Below are positions 61,599 through 64,000 of a stretch of DNA of 64,000 bases, one piece after another (the first letter of the stretch is position 1; every line of letters starts with the position of its first letter). A model generated the notes under the pieces. The model was not told where the DNA came from and made no database searches. It saw only the letters and a list, made by a program, of their open reading frames with translations. A program made the position numbers and the translations under genes. The stretch covers positions 808,233 to 872,232 of the forward strand of contig NMRA01000033.1 of the NCBI GenBank assembly GCA_002633005.1, given 5' to 3'. The stretch is from Phoronis australis (Eukaryota; Animalia; Phoronida).

Positions 61599-61662
61599 GT
61601 TATGTATGTATGTATTTTTGTATGTATGTATGTATGTATGTATGTATGCATGTATGTATGTA
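61599..61662. repeat. (TATG)n microsatellite
   Basis: Direct reading. Confidence 0.9.
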
Positions 61663-63388
61663 CAGGTGAGCCCATAAAAGAGGGCATAATGTGAAAAGCA
61701 CTCCTTGGAGGTCTGAAACTAGTGTCCAGCTCAGCATGACAGTTTGAACTATAAATCAAAATAAACATTGGCAGTTTTGCTTATAAACTCACTTTATTCT
61801 CCAGAATGTTACAATGAATAACACATGACATTTACAGACTGTACACACTCTCCCTAACATAACCTGTCAAGATAAAAAAGTCTAAATAAATTTAATTTAA
61901 ATTACACATAATTTATTGTGAACAAAGGCATTGAAATTCTTTTAAGCTACAGGCTGTTGTAACAACAAAACACACAGCTTGACATTAGCTTAAGTTGGCA
62001 GATTTATTTGAGGTTGTAATATGACAACCAAAGTTATACATGCTGTGTGTGTTTATGCAAATGCCTTCTATAAATCAATTTGGATACAGTGTTACATTTG
62101 AACACATGAAACTGGCTAAACTCTTCATTGCAATCAATAGTAGGCAACAATTCAATAAACACAGCCAGAAGATCCAGTTCTTAAGCACTGGTCAAACATT
62201 CAGAGGCATGTTCAACACTCATTTTAAGATGGGTCCAGTATACCAAATGTTCAACAGGTGTCTCCACTGTATCACGTTGATTTTCCAGTAGGATCCTCTC
62301 CAGCTTTCAACAGGTGGGTCTTCCCAATTCCTCCGGGCACATCAAAGTCGTCCAAAAACCTCTCTTGTTTGACAGCGAACATGGAATAAAAATCTGTTCA
62401 ATGGTTAAGAAAAATAATGACTTCAGTGATATTAGAGAAATCTTTAAAGTACATCACTGTAAGTCATGCTTTGGTTCTCATTCGCTCTCCTGCAGACAAC
62501 CACTAAACAAACTGAGTTATGACTACCAGAGGCATCTGGAACACCTTGGGTATATTTGTAGCCTCAAATTATCTGTCAGAGGTGTTTCATATCTGTGCAT
62601 GAGTAAACTTTAATCTGCAAGATGATTAGGTCAACAGATGGTTAAACATCATTGCTACTGTATCTGCCTTGCAGGTTTTAAAAGACCTACGTGATGTCAT
62701 TATTAATACTACTGTCTGCCTCCCCATGTACTGATATTTTAAGTTTCAGTTTGTTTTCACATGAATATGACGGTGTATGCGACGAGACTTTCCATTTTGA
62801 CAGTCACATGAGTTTTTGTTCTGATTGAAGTATGTGCCAGACCAATGCTACATACACAATCAAACTCATTTCACTCAGACATAGTTCCACAACACGCTTG
62901 CACTGGTTTGTGAACTTTACTATGTGGTGATAATTTCAAAAACATAAATCAAAGCTCTGCAGACCAAGTAATATTAACAGCAATTGAAAAGAAAACAAAG
63001 AAGCTAAATTAATTATCTCAACAAAGATAAACTTTGAAATGTACCAAGAATTTTTGCACATGGTATTTTGAATCAGGGTATATTAATGATAATCCAAAGT
63101 TGCAACTCATCCTAATATGCCATGTATGCCAGAAGACTACAAAACATATGGCTCACCCTGACTTAAGCCATCAAAGTCACATCTCAGTAGGCAGTCAATG
63201 TCGTTAAATCCTTCCTACTCAAACAACTACTTTGTAAATCAAAATTTCTTTCAAAAATGTCACTTCATTTGTCAACAAAAATTGTGACCTTGCCATTTTG
63301 TTGCACTACTGCATCACTGCACAAGTCTATCGGATGTCATATTGAGGTTGACCTGCATGAGTTTGAGAGTGTGCCAAGCGCTGATGTG

Positions 63389-63475
63389 CTACACTGACGA
63401 TTCAGCAGTGCTTGAATCCTGGCTGCCACGATTGCTAATCACATACCTGGGCAGCAAGAAGTCAATGTCAACGTA
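63389..63475 (-). CDS. Putative terminal exon of an unidentified upstream gene (YVDIDFLLPRYVISNRGSQDSSTAESSV*)
   Basis: Strong acceptor cccttcttttaccag; open frame to TAG; AATAAA signals downstream on the minus strand at ~61.8-62.0 kb; family not recognised. Confidence 0.45.
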   Translation of the reverse strand, partial: YVDIDFLLPRYVISNRGSQDSSTAESSV

Positions 63476-64000
63476 CTGGTAAAAGAAGGGACATATTGGA
63501 GAGTAATCTTAATTACTGGTCAATATTTGTTTGAGTTGGAAGGATTTGAAGACACTGAAGGCTCCCAAAGGTGTCTCTCTATGCACAAAAGATACTTATT
63601 CCAACACGACTTTGTTGATATAGCATAATAGCACGTACACAGGCTTCCACTTGGTCAAATAAAACCGACATAAATTCAGTCTATCTACCTTCAGGAAATT
63701 GACCTTTGACTTACTGGTTGAAAAAAGGATTCCCATTCAGGTAAGATTCCTTGCAAGGTGGACGAAGGGGCAATGAATGCTCCCAACTCAAGCCTGACAA
63801 AGACAATTATGAACTCCAGCAGGCTTTACTGGCCATAACCTGTTAACTTGGGATTTTCCAATTGAAAAAGATTTCCTGATTTTGAAACTAAGGACTAACT
63901 ATACCAAACCACCATTTTCAATATCAAAACAATCCAATCAAAATTCATGCATAAATAATGTAATAAAGTTGGCTAAGTTATATGATAACCAGTGACAACC

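Overview
This is eukaryotic (invertebrate metazoan, probably lophotrochozoan-like; inference) genomic DNA. It is almost entirely occupied by one large minus-strand, intron-rich gene encoding a full-length, unsplit KMT2C/KMT2D (MLL3/4, trithorax-related) H3K4 methyltransferase. I could chain 59 GT-AG coding exons with consistent phases from a putative ATG at 56954 to the window start, about 3838 codons. These encode an N-terminal ePHD and PHD clusters, the LEESFPHYLQEAFFGK motif, an HMG box, a long Pro/Gln/Met-rich disordered region with LxxLL motifs, a coiled coil, a C-terminal ePHD, FYRN and the start of FYRC. The SET domain lies beyond position 1. The introns contain a CAC-ended MITE with a 5-bp TSD, several TTAA-type non-autonomous DNA elements, a CR1/L2-type LINE 3' fragment and minisatellites. 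Three observations stand out: a dense sense-strand (U)GCAUGGA cluster around a candidate cassette exon, repeated local duplications of the gene's own splice sites, and several candidate alternative exons. The last exon and 3' UTR of an unidentified neighbouring minus-strand gene probably lie at about 61.8-63.5 kb. Nearly all other six-frame ORFs are spurious.
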